Positions 19,066 through 29,427 of a stretch of DNA of 64,000 nucleotides are shown here, piece by piece; positions within the stretch are counted from its first letter, which is position 1, and each line of letters opens with the position of its first letter. The notes beneath the pieces are model-generated. The model was given only the letters and a program-made list of their open reading frames with translations, did no database searches and had not been told where the DNA came from. This DNA is from Oligoflexia bacterium (GTDB lineage Bacteria > Bdellovibrionota > UBA1018), in assembly GCA_043732485.1 (NCBI GenBank), contig JAYTHP010000114.1, positions 846 through 64,845 of the forward strand, given 5' to 3'. The position numbers were made by a program, and so were the translations under genes.

Positions 19066-20244
19066 ATGCCGACGACCACCCTCTCCACCACCACTCACCT
19101 GAGACTGATTGGCATGCTGCTCAGCGGCCTAGGAGCCCTGCTTGCGGCTTTTAGCTCCTGGCACTTTTATGCGGTGCGCGGCGGCACGGCCCAGTTCCAG
19201 TCCTTTTGTCACTTTGGTCAGACCTTAAACTGCGATCAAGTGGCCGCCAGCCGATTTGCCGAGCTTTTTTGGGGCCTGCCCCTTTCCAGCCTAGGCTTAG
19301 GGGGGTTTTTAGGCTTAGCTTTTGCGTTTTTTTGGCAAAAAAAGCCTGATTGGCACAAGCCCGCAGCCCGGTGGATCCTGCTGCTCACCCTGGCTTTTTC
19401 TGGGATTTCTTTGCTTTATCTCGTCTTGATGCTGACCCAAATCAAGACCCTTTGTCTGATGTGTCTCTTGATTGACCTGATCAACCTCACGCTTTTGGGG
19501 GTGGCCTGGCAACTCAACCGAAGGCAGCAGGCCAGTCAGCCGTCTTTTGCCTTCAAGCCCTGGGGAGCGATGGCAACTACCACGTTTGCCTGGATTGCAC
19601 TGTCCTTGTTCGGATTGCACGCCCTGCTTGCGGCGCCAGAAGACACCACCGCCATCCAGCGTTTGGTCAAGGAAATACTGGCTACGCCCCGCTGGCCAGT
19701 CAGCTTGCCTGAAGCGGTGCTCGAGCGTCAGCCGACAGCGCCCATCCAGGTGGTGGAATTTAGTGACTTTCAGTGCCCTTATTGCAGCGTCGGGGCGCTG
19801 ACCCTAAACGCGGTGTTGAATCACTATCCCCATAAAATTCAAGTCTTTTTTCGCAACTATCCGCTCGATCAAAGCTGTAATCCTAAAATTCCTACCACCT
19901 TGCATCCAGCCGCCTGCGAAGCTGCCAAGGTTGTCCTTTGTGCGCAAAAACTCGGCAAGTTTGCGGACGTCTACCCATCGCTCTTTGAGCAGCAGGCAAG
20001 CTTTGTGCCGGGGTTTCCTACCCAGCTTGCAGCCCGCTTGCTCCCGCAAGCTGACTGGCAAGCCTGCTTACAAAGTCCACAAACTGCTGAATTACTGGCC
20101 TTGGACCTACAAGCGGCTGAGAGTTTACAAGTCAAGTCGACGCCCACCTTCTTTATTAACGGCTACCGCATGGAAGGGGCCTACCCGGTGGCAGCCTGGA
20201 TTGCCCTGATCGATCAGCTCTTACAAGAAGCGGATCATCACTAA
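19066..20244 (+). CDS. VKOR-domain / DsbA-like thioredoxin fusion protein
   Basis: The track ORF 18625-20244 overlaps ccdA, whereas in-frame ATG 19066 follows the ccdA stop. The VKOR-like part has CHFGQTLNCDQV and LCLMCL, and the C-terminal DsbA-like part has FSDFQCPYCS. Confidence 0.8.
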   Translation: MPTTTLSTTTHLRLIGMLLSGLGALLAAFSSWHFYAVRGGTAQFQSFCHFGQTLNCDQVAASRFAELFWGLPLSSLGLGGFLGLAFAFFWQKKPDWHKPAARWILLLTLAFSGISLLYLVLMLTQIKTLCLMCLLIDLINLTLLGVAWQLNRRQQASQPSFAFKPWGAMATTTFAWIALSLFGLHALLAAPEDTTAIQRLVKEILATPRWPVSLPEAVLERQPTAPIQVVEFSDFQCPYCSVGALTLNAVLNHYPHKIQVFFRNYPLDQSCNPKIPTTLHPAACEAAKVVLCAQKLGKFADVYPSLFEQQASFVPGFPTQLAARLLPQADWQACLQSPQTAELLALDLQAAESLQVKSTPTFFINGYRMEGAYPVAAWIALIDQLLQEADHH

Positions 20245-20404
20245 AACGTGGGGAAAGGCGGGGGAGTCCTCTTATGAGTATCAATGACCAGCAGCAGCCG
20301 TCTTCAGCTTTAGCCTCCTCCTCTTCCTCCTCCTACCCCCTGCCGTTCATGAACTGCAGTGCGGCTCAGGGCCCGCAAATGCCCAAGAAAAGTAGCCGCG
20401 TCCT

Positions 20405-21334
20405 ATGAGCTTTGCCCCAGATCATCCTCAACAAGCGAGTCACGACGCGAGTGCTTCTTCTCGTGACTCGTCTAGTAAGGCTTGCTTCCCTCTCATTGAC
20501 TCACACTGTCATTTGTCGCATCCCTACCATAGCGGCGTTTCACCCGCCCAGCTGATCCAAGAGGGGTTAGAAGCGGGCGTGCAGTATTTTTTGAACGTCG
20601 GCACACAATTGTCAGACCTCAAGCCGTTAGCGCAACTCTCAGAGACCCACCCCGAAGTTTTTCACTCAGTCGGGATCCACCCGCAAGACGCCGCAGAAAT
20701 TCACCAACCTGACGCCCTGGCTCAGCTGCAAAGTGCCGCCCAACACCCCCGCTGTCTGGCGATCGGTGAGATCGGGCTGGATGCCGCTTACCCACAACCC
20801 CCGCTTGCCTTACAACTCGAGGCCCTCAACCGGCAACTCGAGCTAGCAGTGGAGCTCGAGTTGCCGGTGATCATTCATAGCAGACAAGCCGAAGAGCCTT
20901 TACTTGCGGCCCTCACTCAAGCTGCAAGCATGGCCGCTAGTCGTCACCGCAGACTGCGCGGAGTGATTCACTGTTTTAGTGGCACGCTGGAGTTTGGTCA
21001 GGCGTGCATTGACTTAGGGTTTTACCTGTCGTTTTCAGGCATTCTCACCTTTAAAAAGGCCGAGGAGGTGAGGACTGCAGCCAAAGTCCTACCCTTGGCA
21101 CGCCTGCTGCTTGAAACCGACTCACCCTTTTTAGCCCCCCTCCCCCATCGCGGCAAGCCGTGCCGTCCGGCGATGATTGTGCAAACTGCGAAAGTCTTAG
21201 CCGAAGTTAAGCAACTGCCGCTTGAGGAAGTTGCCAGGCGCACCACGCAAAATAGCTGTGAGCTGTTCGGTCTGCCTGCTGCCGCCTTCACTTTTTCACC
21301 TGCCCTGTCTCCGCCACCCCTGTCTATCCCCTGA
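20405..21334 (+). CDS. tatD: TatD-family metal-dependent hydrolase/DNase
   Basis: Contains LIDSHCHL, IGEIGLD, VIIHSR, VIHCFSG and LLLETDSPFLAP. Confidence 0.85.
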   Translation: MSFAPDHPQQASHDASASSRDSSSKACFPLIDSHCHLSHPYHSGVSPAQLIQEGLEAGVQYFLNVGTQLSDLKPLAQLSETHPEVFHSVGIHPQDAAEIHQPDALAQLQSAAQHPRCLAIGEIGLDAAYPQPPLALQLEALNRQLELAVELELPVIIHSRQAEEPLLAALTQAASMAASRHRRLRGVIHCFSGTLEFGQACIDLGFYLSFSGILTFKKAEEVRTAAKVLPLARLLLETDSPFLAPLPHRGKPCRPAMIVQTAKVLAEVKQLPLEEVARRTTQNSCELFGLPAAAFTFSPALSPPPLSIP

Positions 21335-21911
21335 TAACCGGAACTGTTAACCCGGGCACGCAAAACCCGCTTACCCATGAGGGCAGTCGCTTTTCTAGGT
21401 CTTTTTTTTGGTATTTCACCGCTGAACGCAGCTTTATTTTTTTCAGTAAATTTATTTAAAAAATAGACTGACTATTTAGCTAGTCAAAAGATTGATGATG
21501 TGTTAGTTTCAGCTCCAAGCTATGAATTTAGGACTCAAAAATTTTAAATTCATCAAACAAACCTCAACCTGAGCGCTGTTTTGTCTCAATCTGCCTGATG
21601 ATCTCATGGTCTTTACTGATGGTCCAATCGTTTTGATAAACGAGGTGACTTATAACTCGGTGACCTGGAACATGTCTCTTGCTGAGCTGCGGTTTTTCCA
21701 ACAAAACGTCCTAACATGACGGTTTTTTCCTTTTGATGGCGAATATTTAAGCTCAACTCAACATGAAAGATTTAAGGCTATGGGTGGTGTATTTTTTTCT
21801 CTTTTTGATGGTCCGTCAAGCAAAAGCCTAAAATTTTTAGGTGTTTTGAAGAGTAAAAATGCGCCTAAGATCTAGACAAAAATGGTGCTCCCAACCCTTA
21901 GGAGTACCCTT

Positions 21912-23204
21912 ATGCAGCATTTTAATGAACTTCAATTACCCGATCCTCTTCGTAAAGCGATTGCCATGATGAATTATCAGATCCCTACCCCGATTCAGGC
22001 GCAGGCGATCCCGGCGATTTTAACCCACCGCGATGTCATCGGCTGTGCCCAGACGGGCACTGGCAAGACCGCCTCTTTTTGTATCCCGATGATTGCAAGA
22101 CTGATGCGCTTACCCCAGAAAATTGCCCTAATTCTGGTGCCAACCCGCGAGTTGGGCTCACAAATCCTAGAAGTGGTGCAGCAGCTGACGGCTTTTTCCC
22201 CGGAGTTGACCGGCAATTTACTGATTGGTGGCGTTTCGATGCAAAATCAGCTGCGGGCGATCAAAAAACGTCCTCAGATCCTGATTGCCACCCCAGGCAG
22301 ACTAGTCGATCACCTGAAGCGCGGGACGGTATCTTTGTCAGCCACTGAGATTTTAGTGCTCGATGAGGCCGATCGCATGCTGGATATGGGCTTTGCGCCG
22401 CAGTTGAATGAAATTTTACGCTTCATCCCAAAAACCAGGCAAACCCTGTTTTTCTCAGCCACTTTACCGAGCGATATTGAGAAACTGTCGAGTCGCTTCT
22501 TAAAAGAGCCCATTCGCATCACGGTGGGCGCGGTTTCGCAACCGGTGACCTTGATTCAGCAATCGGTGGTTGAGACGACGGTGGCAAAAAAGAACGACAC
22601 CTTAATGGACCAGCTGAATAGCCGTCAAGGCTCCGTGCTGGTCTTTGCTCGCACCAAGTCACGCACCGACCGCGTCACGCGCTATCTTGAGTCCTATGGA
22701 CACTTAGTGACCAGGTTGCACGGGGGTCGCAGTCAGGGTCAGCGCAACTTAGCGGTCGCGGGTTTTAAAGAAGGGCGATTTCGCATTCTCGTGGCCACCG
22801 ACATTGCCGCTCGCGGAATTGATATTTCGCTCATCGCGCATGTCATTAACTATGATTTGCCGCAAGCACCGGAAGATTACATCCACCGCATCGGACGCAC
22901 GGCGCGAGCCGGTGCAACGGGCGAAGCAGTATCCTTGTTGACGCCTGAAGATAAGTTACAGTGGCGCGAAATTTCAAAGCTTTTATCGAAAAGCAACACC
23001 CCACTGCCAAGCCTTGCAACCAGTGCCCCAACTACCAGCAAACGTCCCCTCAAAGCGCCAGTTGCAGGCAAGCTACCGCAAATGGCGAGTGCGGCGAGTA
23101 ACAACCTGCGTCGCGTGGTAAAACCTAGGGGCTCAGACGAGAGCGGGCATCCTGAGCAGCCTTTACCCAATTTGCTGCGTGGCGCGTTGCCGCTTACGAA
23201 ATAG
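21912..23204 (+). CDS. DEAD-box ATP-dependent RNA helicase (RhlE-like)
   Basis: Contains a Q-motif region, AQTGTGKT, PTRELG, DEAD, SAT and HRIGRTARAG. The start is taken at MQHFNEL (21912) inside track ORF 21882. Confidence 0.9.
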   Translation: MQHFNELQLPDPLRKAIAMMNYQIPTPIQAQAIPAILTHRDVIGCAQTGTGKTASFCIPMIARLMRLPQKIALILVPTRELGSQILEVVQQLTAFSPELTGNLLIGGVSMQNQLRAIKKRPQILIATPGRLVDHLKRGTVSLSATEILVLDEADRMLDMGFAPQLNEILRFIPKTRQTLFFSATLPSDIEKLSSRFLKEPIRITVGAVSQPVTLIQQSVVETTVAKKNDTLMDQLNSRQGSVLVFARTKSRTDRVTRYLESYGHLVTRLHGGRSQGQRNLAVAGFKEGRFRILVATDIAARGIDISLIAHVINYDLPQAPEDYIHRIGRTARAGATGEAVSLLTPEDKLQWREISKLLSKSNTPLPSLATSAPTTSKRPLKAPVAGKLPQMASAASNNLRRVVKPRGSDESGHPEQPLPNLLRGALPLTK

Positions 23205-23322
23205 CGCTAGCAAAGCGATGGCGCACTGACCCTTTTCCGCAACAACAACGTCATCATCCGCAAAAAATAACCGTGTCAGGAGAGAGATAACAAGAGAAGA
23301 GGAAGCAGACGGCGCTTGCCTC

Positions 23323-24147
23323 TTAATCTCCTGACGCTTTTTTTACGAGCGGAAAAGAGCGCCCGAAGAAATCCTGGCCAAAATCGCGCTCACCGCCTGG
23401 ATGGAGGTGGCTCACAAAGCCCACAACCTTGCTGGGAGATTGTTCCTCTAGCGGCAAACTTCGCACCTTATAATAGGTTTCACTCGGTTGACCCTGCAGT
23501 AGAAAATTTTTCTCAATGATTTTAAGTTCACTGCTGCCTGCGGCATCAAAAGCCATAAACTCCAACACGTTTTTGGCATACTTAATTCTGTGATCGCTGG
23601 TAAACCCCAGATTGACGGTGAGGCGGGGCCCGCCAATATACTCAACGCGCGAAGTTGATCGCAGGCCGGATTGCAGCCGGAGGCTAAAACTAATTCTGCG
23701 GTCACCATTATTGCGGGTGGTGGTCCACTCTTTTTTGTCATCCGCCACCGGGCTTACAGCTTCTTGCCACAAGAGCGGGTAAAAGCCAAACGGATGGCGA
23801 ACCAGGTGATTGCCTAAAAACTTGGCAAGCACGACTTGCAAGAAATCAAACTCCTTAAACTCCACCTCTAAATCAGGCTCGCACAAGCTGCTCCAATCAA
23901 AATTGTTCAACGGGTAGTACTTTTTCGCTAAAGCCGCTTGCGTTTGCACAAGCAAGCGGAGTGGCGGGCGGCCGGCCTGGAGCCGGCACCTGGGAGCCGC
24001 TCTCACCCCTTGCAAACCCACTCTGGCTGCGGCAGGCGGTGACATCACGCGACCACTCACAGCGGCTGAGGCGGCCCCCCCAAAAAGTAGAAAAAAGCAT
24101 GAAAAATGAATACTTACTAAGCAAAAGCCTATTGATCGTTGAGTCAT
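23323..24147 (-). CDS. hypothetical secreted protein
   Basis: The ORF runs 23323-24192, and internal ATG 24147 gives MTQRSIGFCLVSIHFSCFFLLFGGAASAA, a signal-like N-terminus. I recognise no motif. Confidence 0.4.
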   Translation of the reverse strand: MTQRSIGFCLVSIHFSCFFLLFGGAASAAVSGRVMSPPAAARVGLQGVRAAPRCRLQAGRPPLRLLVQTQAALAKKYYPLNNFDWSSLCEPDLEVEFKEFDFLQVVLAKFLGNHLVRHPFGFYPLLWQEAVSPVADDKKEWTTTRNNGDRRISFSLRLQSGLRSTSRVEYIGGPRLTVNLGFTSDHRIKYAKNVLEFMAFDAAGSSELKIIEKNFLLQGQPSETYYKVRSLPLEEQSPSKVVGFVSHLHPGGERDFGQDFFGRSFPLVKKASGD

Positions 24148-24485
24148 GTACACACACTCTCTTTCTTTCTTTCTCCTGAGTGCCTGTGCCACCTAAACAT
24201 TGACACTGCCTCACGCCACCGACATCCCGCTCCACAGCAGACGCGTTTTTTTTGCAAGCTACGGCTGCCAAAAAGAGCTCTGTGTTCCTTATTCAAGGTT
24301 AGACGAATTGGCAAAAAGAGCCAACTATTAATTAAATTAATAATTTATGTTTTTAAATAATCTGGATTCGCGAACTAACAAAATCGGGATAGGATCAACT
24401 TTTGCAACTTTTGGCAAAAAGAAATAAGGAGGAGTTCCGAAAAAAAGAGTGCACTGCCCTGAAGTTCACTGCAAAGTCTGCACGC

Positions 24486-26981
24486 TTACAGCTCACCCAT
24501 GGCTTGCGGCGCAGCCGGCCTTGCGCCAAAGAACTTACTCTGGCTGAGCCAAGCGATCAGCCTGGACCAGAGCGCTGGAAAAAATGAGGGTCCTTGAGGG
24601 GGAGACGGTGCAACGTCAACCACACCGGCAGGCAGCGCTTGATCAAGCGCTCCCGCTGCACTCGGTAAAGCCTCCACAATCGCTTGCAGTAACCCTGGCG
24701 CCCGAAACGATCCCCAACCCACCGAGTCATTATAGGCGTCCTTCTCAGCTGGAAAGAGTAAGTTGTTGCTTTGGTCACTGACTGAGTAAAACGAGCGCGA
24801 AAATGCGTCAGGCGCCTGTCCTAGTTCATACAACAACGGGTTAAAATAGCCCAAAGGCCCCCGGTGTGCGTCTGCCAACGCCTGATTGACGCAAGCGGCA
24901 AAGCCCGCCCAGATCGGAGCAGCGGCACTCGTCCCTCCCACCCCGGTCCACTGCTGCACGCCACTGCCATCGGTAAATAACACTAAATACGGAGTGGCGG
25001 CGTTTAAAGCCACATCAGGCACGTTACGCCGCTCACTGGACACGCGGTTGTTTGCGGTGGCTAAGCCTTCTTGAAACTGAGGCAGCGGCCAGTAACGACT
25101 CACCCCTCCTCCGCCTCCGCCTGCTCGCCCATTCATCTGACTAAACCTGCTACCATCGCTTTGTCCCGTGCTCGTCAGACCCCAGCTCGATTCTGAGCCA
25201 TAAGTGCCATCACTGTTCAGAGTGAGGGTGGTGCCGCCCACGCCTGTGACATAAGGCTGGCTTGCTGGCTCATCCACCGTTGGCGTGCTGGCTGCTTGAT
25301 CATTACCATAAGCTCCGTTATCGCCTGCTGCCGCAAAAACCGTCTGCCCCTGCAACGCCATCCGCTTAAAAATCGCTTGCAAGGCCAGCGCAAAGGGAGT
25401 GGGTCCGGCTGCGCCTACCACTTCTGGCGAACCCCACGACGTGCTCACCACCGAGGCGCGGTGTTCAGCGGCGATTTGTCCATAAAGCGCAATAATATTA
25501 GCGTTGGATCCGGCCGCAGCCTGGTAGACTAAGATTTCTTTCAGCCGAGGCGCCGCAGCTAAAGCCAACTCAATGTCTAAGACCACTTCCAGCGAATTTC
25601 CTCCAGACGGCGCCTGCAGCGACCGGGGACGCACCCGGGTCACCCGCGGGTACGGCTTGGGAAACGGCCAGACGGTGTTGGCAAGATAATCTTGGATGTC
25701 TTGATCGGAGTAATCCGCCAGCTCAAAGAGGGCTAAGGTCTGACCTGCGCCTTGCTGTGCTAACTGATCGAGGCCATAAGCTTTTCTGAGCACGGGCGGT
25801 GTGATCAAGCCAAGACTGGCTGACGATCCCTCAAAAGCGATCGCATCGGCTGGAGCGGTAAACGGACTTTCACAGCTCGACGCAGGCTGCGACTCAGTCT
25901 GCCCCTGGGACTCGAAAGCCCACCACCCGCGGCGCCTCGGCACTGATGACGCAGTGGAAGAAGGCGCAAGACATCTCCATTGCTCATCACCCTCGTCATC
26001 TGGTCTCTCTGCTGCCTCTCCCCCCGCTGCTTGTCCTCGCACGCCTTTCTCACCCACTTGCGACTCTTGCGTCTCTTGCGACCTTTGCAAATGATGAGAG
26101 GATCGTCTTTTGATATGGATGGGGGTTTTTTGTAAGCCTCCCATGCGCCGGTTGGCGGAAAACTCATTCAGCCCGACAATGGCATGAATGAACGGAGCGA
26201 TCACCGCTGGAACCGAGGGCGCGTCTTTGATTCCCCGCACCAGGCGAGGCGTGCGAGGCAGAGCGCTTGTTGCCTCAAAGTGATAGATCTTGCGATTTTG
26301 ATGCCCCAACAGCAGTTGATGCTGCGGAGTTTTCACTTGCAAGTGATGCGAATCCGATTCCTCCAGCACCTGGTAATCAATGACTGGCGTTAAAAAAGTA
26401 TCTTCGATTTGCTGCGGTGTCCCGGCAAACGATAAAACCCCACTGTGCGGGCTCTCTTGCGGCAGGTGCCTGATGCCGTGCGCTGTCAGGTGCTGAATGA
26501 CGAGCGCCGTTTCACTTTCCCTCAGACCATGCTGCTCATGAAACTGCTCGGAGCTCAAAAATTGCCGAAATTGCGACGAACGAGGATCCAACACCTCAGC
26601 TAAGTGCCGATCCAACCCCTCAACGTCGCGATAACCGAGCACCACTGAGAAGTGCATTTCCTCTTGCAGCCCCTGCTGGGTGAGACCTGGCGTGCGCTTG
26701 AAAGAAAAGCGACTCATCACTGGTTCCAGTCGACCAGGAAGGTAGGCTGCCTCATGGTGCTCTGCTAGCTTGACAAAATCACCTGGAGCCAGCAAGTCGG
26801 AGGCGGCGGCGGCCAGGGGCGTTACACCAGATGCGCTCAGTAAACCTAGAGCAAAAGCGGAGACAGCGACGTAATCGCGCCAAACTACTCTTTGCCTGAT
26901 GCGCCGCCGCCTGGTGGCTTGCGCCCTGCTTGCTCGTTGATACATTCCCTTCACCCTGCTCTGGCGTAGTTGATCACTCAT
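24486..26981 (-). CDS. S53-family (sedolisin/kumamolisin-like) serine peptidase with pro-domain
   Basis: 831-aa ORF with a signal anchor. A pro-kumamolisin-like N-domain includes SSQFRQFLSSEQFHEQHG. The catalytic domain carries GGTSAAAPIWAGF (SGTSxxxP-type serine motif). A large charged low-complexity insertion lies at about 25.9-26.1 kb. Confidence 0.75.
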   Translation of the reverse strand: MSDQLRQSRVKGMYQRASRAQATRRRRIRQRVVWRDYVAVSAFALGLLSASGVTPLAAAASDLLAPGDFVKLAEHHEAAYLPGRLEPVMSRFSFKRTPGLTQQGLQEEMHFSVVLGYRDVEGLDRHLAEVLDPRSSQFRQFLSSEQFHEQHGLRESETALVIQHLTAHGIRHLPQESPHSGVLSFAGTPQQIEDTFLTPVIDYQVLEESDSHHLQVKTPQHQLLLGHQNRKIYHFEATSALPRTPRLVRGIKDAPSVPAVIAPFIHAIVGLNEFSANRRMGGLQKTPIHIKRRSSHHLQRSQETQESQVGEKGVRGQAAGGEAAERPDDEGDEQWRCLAPSSTASSVPRRRGWWAFESQGQTESQPASSCESPFTAPADAIAFEGSSASLGLITPPVLRKAYGLDQLAQQGAGQTLALFELADYSDQDIQDYLANTVWPFPKPYPRVTRVRPRSLQAPSGGNSLEVVLDIELALAAAPRLKEILVYQAAAGSNANIIALYGQIAAEHRASVVSTSWGSPEVVGAAGPTPFALALQAIFKRMALQGQTVFAAAGDNGAYGNDQAASTPTVDEPASQPYVTGVGGTTLTLNSDGTYGSESSWGLTSTGQSDGSRFSQMNGRAGGGGGGVSRYWPLPQFQEGLATANNRVSSERRNVPDVALNAATPYLVLFTDGSGVQQWTGVGGTSAAAPIWAGFAACVNQALADAHRGPLGYFNPLLYELGQAPDAFSRSFYSVSDQSNNLLFPAEKDAYNDSVGWGSFRAPGLLQAIVEALPSAAGALDQALPAGVVDVAPSPPQGPSFFPALWSRLIAWLSQSKFFGARPAAPQAMGEL

Positions 26982-27867
26982 GAGACTCCCCTTACCCGCT
27001 GCAATTTTTTTTTAAATTTTTTGACCCTGTCACCACGGTCGCCCCACACGCACCCTCGCCCTGAGCTCTACCGCTCAGGATCCTCCGTATTAGGCCATAG
27101 CGCATCTGCCGCCAAAAAGCTGACGACACACATGACTTGCAGTCCTTTTTTTCTTGTTCTCTTGTGCTGTCTCCTCTTGCACTCAAGCTTTCCCAAGCAC
27201 TAAGGACTGGGGGAGATGATGGACAGGGAACAAAAAACCCGACGCAATCACAGCACCCAAGCGCTCTATCTCCTCCTCTACTCGTCTTTAAAAATATTTG
27301 TTCCCGCATGCTATGTCAATTTTATTTTTATTTTCCTCAATCCTCAAACCGTGCGCACTTTTTTGCACACCCTTGAACCAAGAAGGTGCGCTTTTTTAGG
27401 CCCGCGCTGTTTGTATCCTACTCCTACTGCTGCTACCACTAGCACCTCCCCCACCCACGGCTATCTCGTTGGCAGAGATCGGCACCCCCGACGATTGAGT
27501 TCGCCAACGACGACGACGATACTCCACCAACGAGGCACCCTTTAAGTTTAAGGAAACGGAGACCAGGAGCGCTTTGGGTGCTGGGTGCTGGGTGTTTTTA
27601 AAAAGAAAAACTTACTAGTCTATGACTAGCCAATAACCCGCGATGAGCAGAAGACGAGAAAAGGAAAAAACCAAAAGCGAAAAAAAAGCCTACTCAAGAG
27701 CGGAGCAACACTGCTCACGCCCAAGCCACAAGTCAGCTTACTTCAACCTAGCGAGCTGACGACGGGTTCTGCTCCCCCTCAAACCACTCTTTTTGCACAA
27801 CCAAAACCGCTTAAGCAAAGTTAAACTGCTCCAAGCAAGCCCCCCCCCGGGGAACCCACGCGCGCTC

Positions 27868-29304
27868 TTAAGAGTGAATCTGCCTCTGATTCACGGCCAT
27901 CGCCGCTTCCTTAACCACTTCCGATAGTGTCGGATGGGCATGCGTCGTGCGCGCTAAATCATCGGCGCTCCCGCCATACTCCATAACGAGCACCCCTTCG
28001 GCAATCAAATCGCTCGCCCAAGGCCCGACGATGTGCATGCCTAAGAGTCGATCGGTCTTAGGATCCGCTAGGATCTTCACAAATCCTTCGGTCGATTGAA
28101 TGACCTTAGCGCGGCCGTTGGCATTAAAAGAAAACTGCCCTACTTTATAGGCGACACCCTTGCCTTTTAGCTCTTCTTCCGTCCAGCCACACGACGCCAC
28201 TTCAGGCCAGGTGTAAATCACGTTGGGAATCGCTGGGTAATTGACATGCCCTGCTTGCCCCACCATGCACTCCACCGCAGCAATTCCCTCTTTTTCCGCC
28301 TTGTGGGCGAGCATCGGTCCTGCAATTAAATCACCGACTGCAAAAATTCCGGGCACTGCCGTTTGAAAATGCCCATCGACTTCCAGCCTACCGGCGGCAT
28401 TGGTCTGCAAACCGACTTTCTCTAAGCCCAAGCCCTCAGAATAAGGCTTGCGCCCGGTTGCAACCAGCACATGACTGCAAGCAAGCTCACTGACTTGTTG
28501 CGTTAATCGATCTTCCAGCTGCACTTGACACGGCTGCTGCCCGTCGTTACCGCCGTCCCCCCACTTAGCGCCTAAACAGCGGGTGTTCAGCAGAAAATTT
28601 AACCCTTGTTTTTTAAGCAACTTCATCAACTCGGCTGCAAGCTGCCCATCCACCCCCGCACAAATCCGCTCCTGGTACTCCACTACGGTGACTTTGGCAC
28701 CCAAGCGACTCCACACCGAGCCCAACTCGACCCCAATCACCCCACCACCAATAATCACCAAGTGTTCTGGTACTTGGCTAAGCGACAAGGCACCCGTCGA
28801 GCTGAAGACCCGTTTTTCATCAAACGGCAAAAACGGCAACTCCACAGGCACGCTGCCGGTGGCAAGCAAGACTTTTTTAGCCTGCACTTGACTCACCGCA
28901 CCATCTTCAGCGAGCACTTCCAAGACTTGGCCTTGCGCACTGGCACTGAGTAAACTGGCCTTCCCGCGCAGCGCGGTGACCTTGTTTTTCTTCAGTAAGA
29001 AGCTGACTCCGGTGACCAATTGCTTAACCACTTCACTTTTTCGCTTCATCATTTGGGCTAAATCAAGCTGCACTTGCGGGAGTTGAATCCCGTGCGAGGC
29101 GAACTGCGTTTTCGCCTGCACGAAATGCTCACTCGATTCCAGCAGCGCTTTGGAGGGAATACAACCGACGTTCAAGCAAGTCCCACCCCAAGTCGCGTCC
29201 TTTTCAATGGCAGCCACCTTGAGTCCAAGCTGCGCTGCTCGAATCGCAGCCACATAACCCGCCGGACCTCCCCCCACCACCACTAAATCAAATTGCTCTT
29301 GCAT
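27868..29304 (-). CDS. lpdA: dihydrolipoyl dehydrogenase (E3)
   Basis: Contains VVVGGGPAGYVAAIRAAQLG, GGTCLNVGCIPSK and C-terminal HAHPTLSE. Confidence 0.92.
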   Translation of the reverse strand: MQEQFDLVVVGGGPAGYVAAIRAAQLGLKVAAIEKDATWGGTCLNVGCIPSKALLESSEHFVQAKTQFASHGIQLPQVQLDLAQMMKRKSEVVKQLVTGVSFLLKKNKVTALRGKASLLSASAQGQVLEVLAEDGAVSQVQAKKVLLATGSVPVELPFLPFDEKRVFSSTGALSLSQVPEHLVIIGGGVIGVELGSVWSRLGAKVTVVEYQERICAGVDGQLAAELMKLLKKQGLNFLLNTRCLGAKWGDGGNDGQQPCQVQLEDRLTQQVSELACSHVLVATGRKPYSEGLGLEKVGLQTNAAGRLEVDGHFQTAVPGIFAVGDLIAGPMLAHKAEKEGIAAVECMVGQAGHVNYPAIPNVIYTWPEVASCGWTEEELKGKGVAYKVGQFSFNANGRAKVIQSTEGFVKILADPKTDRLLGMHIVGPWASDLIAEGVLVMEYGGSADDLARTTHAHPTLSEVVKEAAMAVNQRQIHS

Positions 29305-29427
29305 GGACTAATGCCTCTTTCGTTTTCCAAAAAAAAACGCTTTTTTTCGCTGAATTATTTTTCAATGTTGCTGCTACTACTACTCCTACTTGCGCAGGCA
29401 CGCGTACACACGCGCGCCCAACCCCCG

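Noticed and set aside
24355-24400. tmRNA-like 5' string (ctggattcgcg)
   Set aside because: This is only a short chance resemblance. There is no acceptor-stem partner, no tag reading frame and no T-arm-like sequence nearby.
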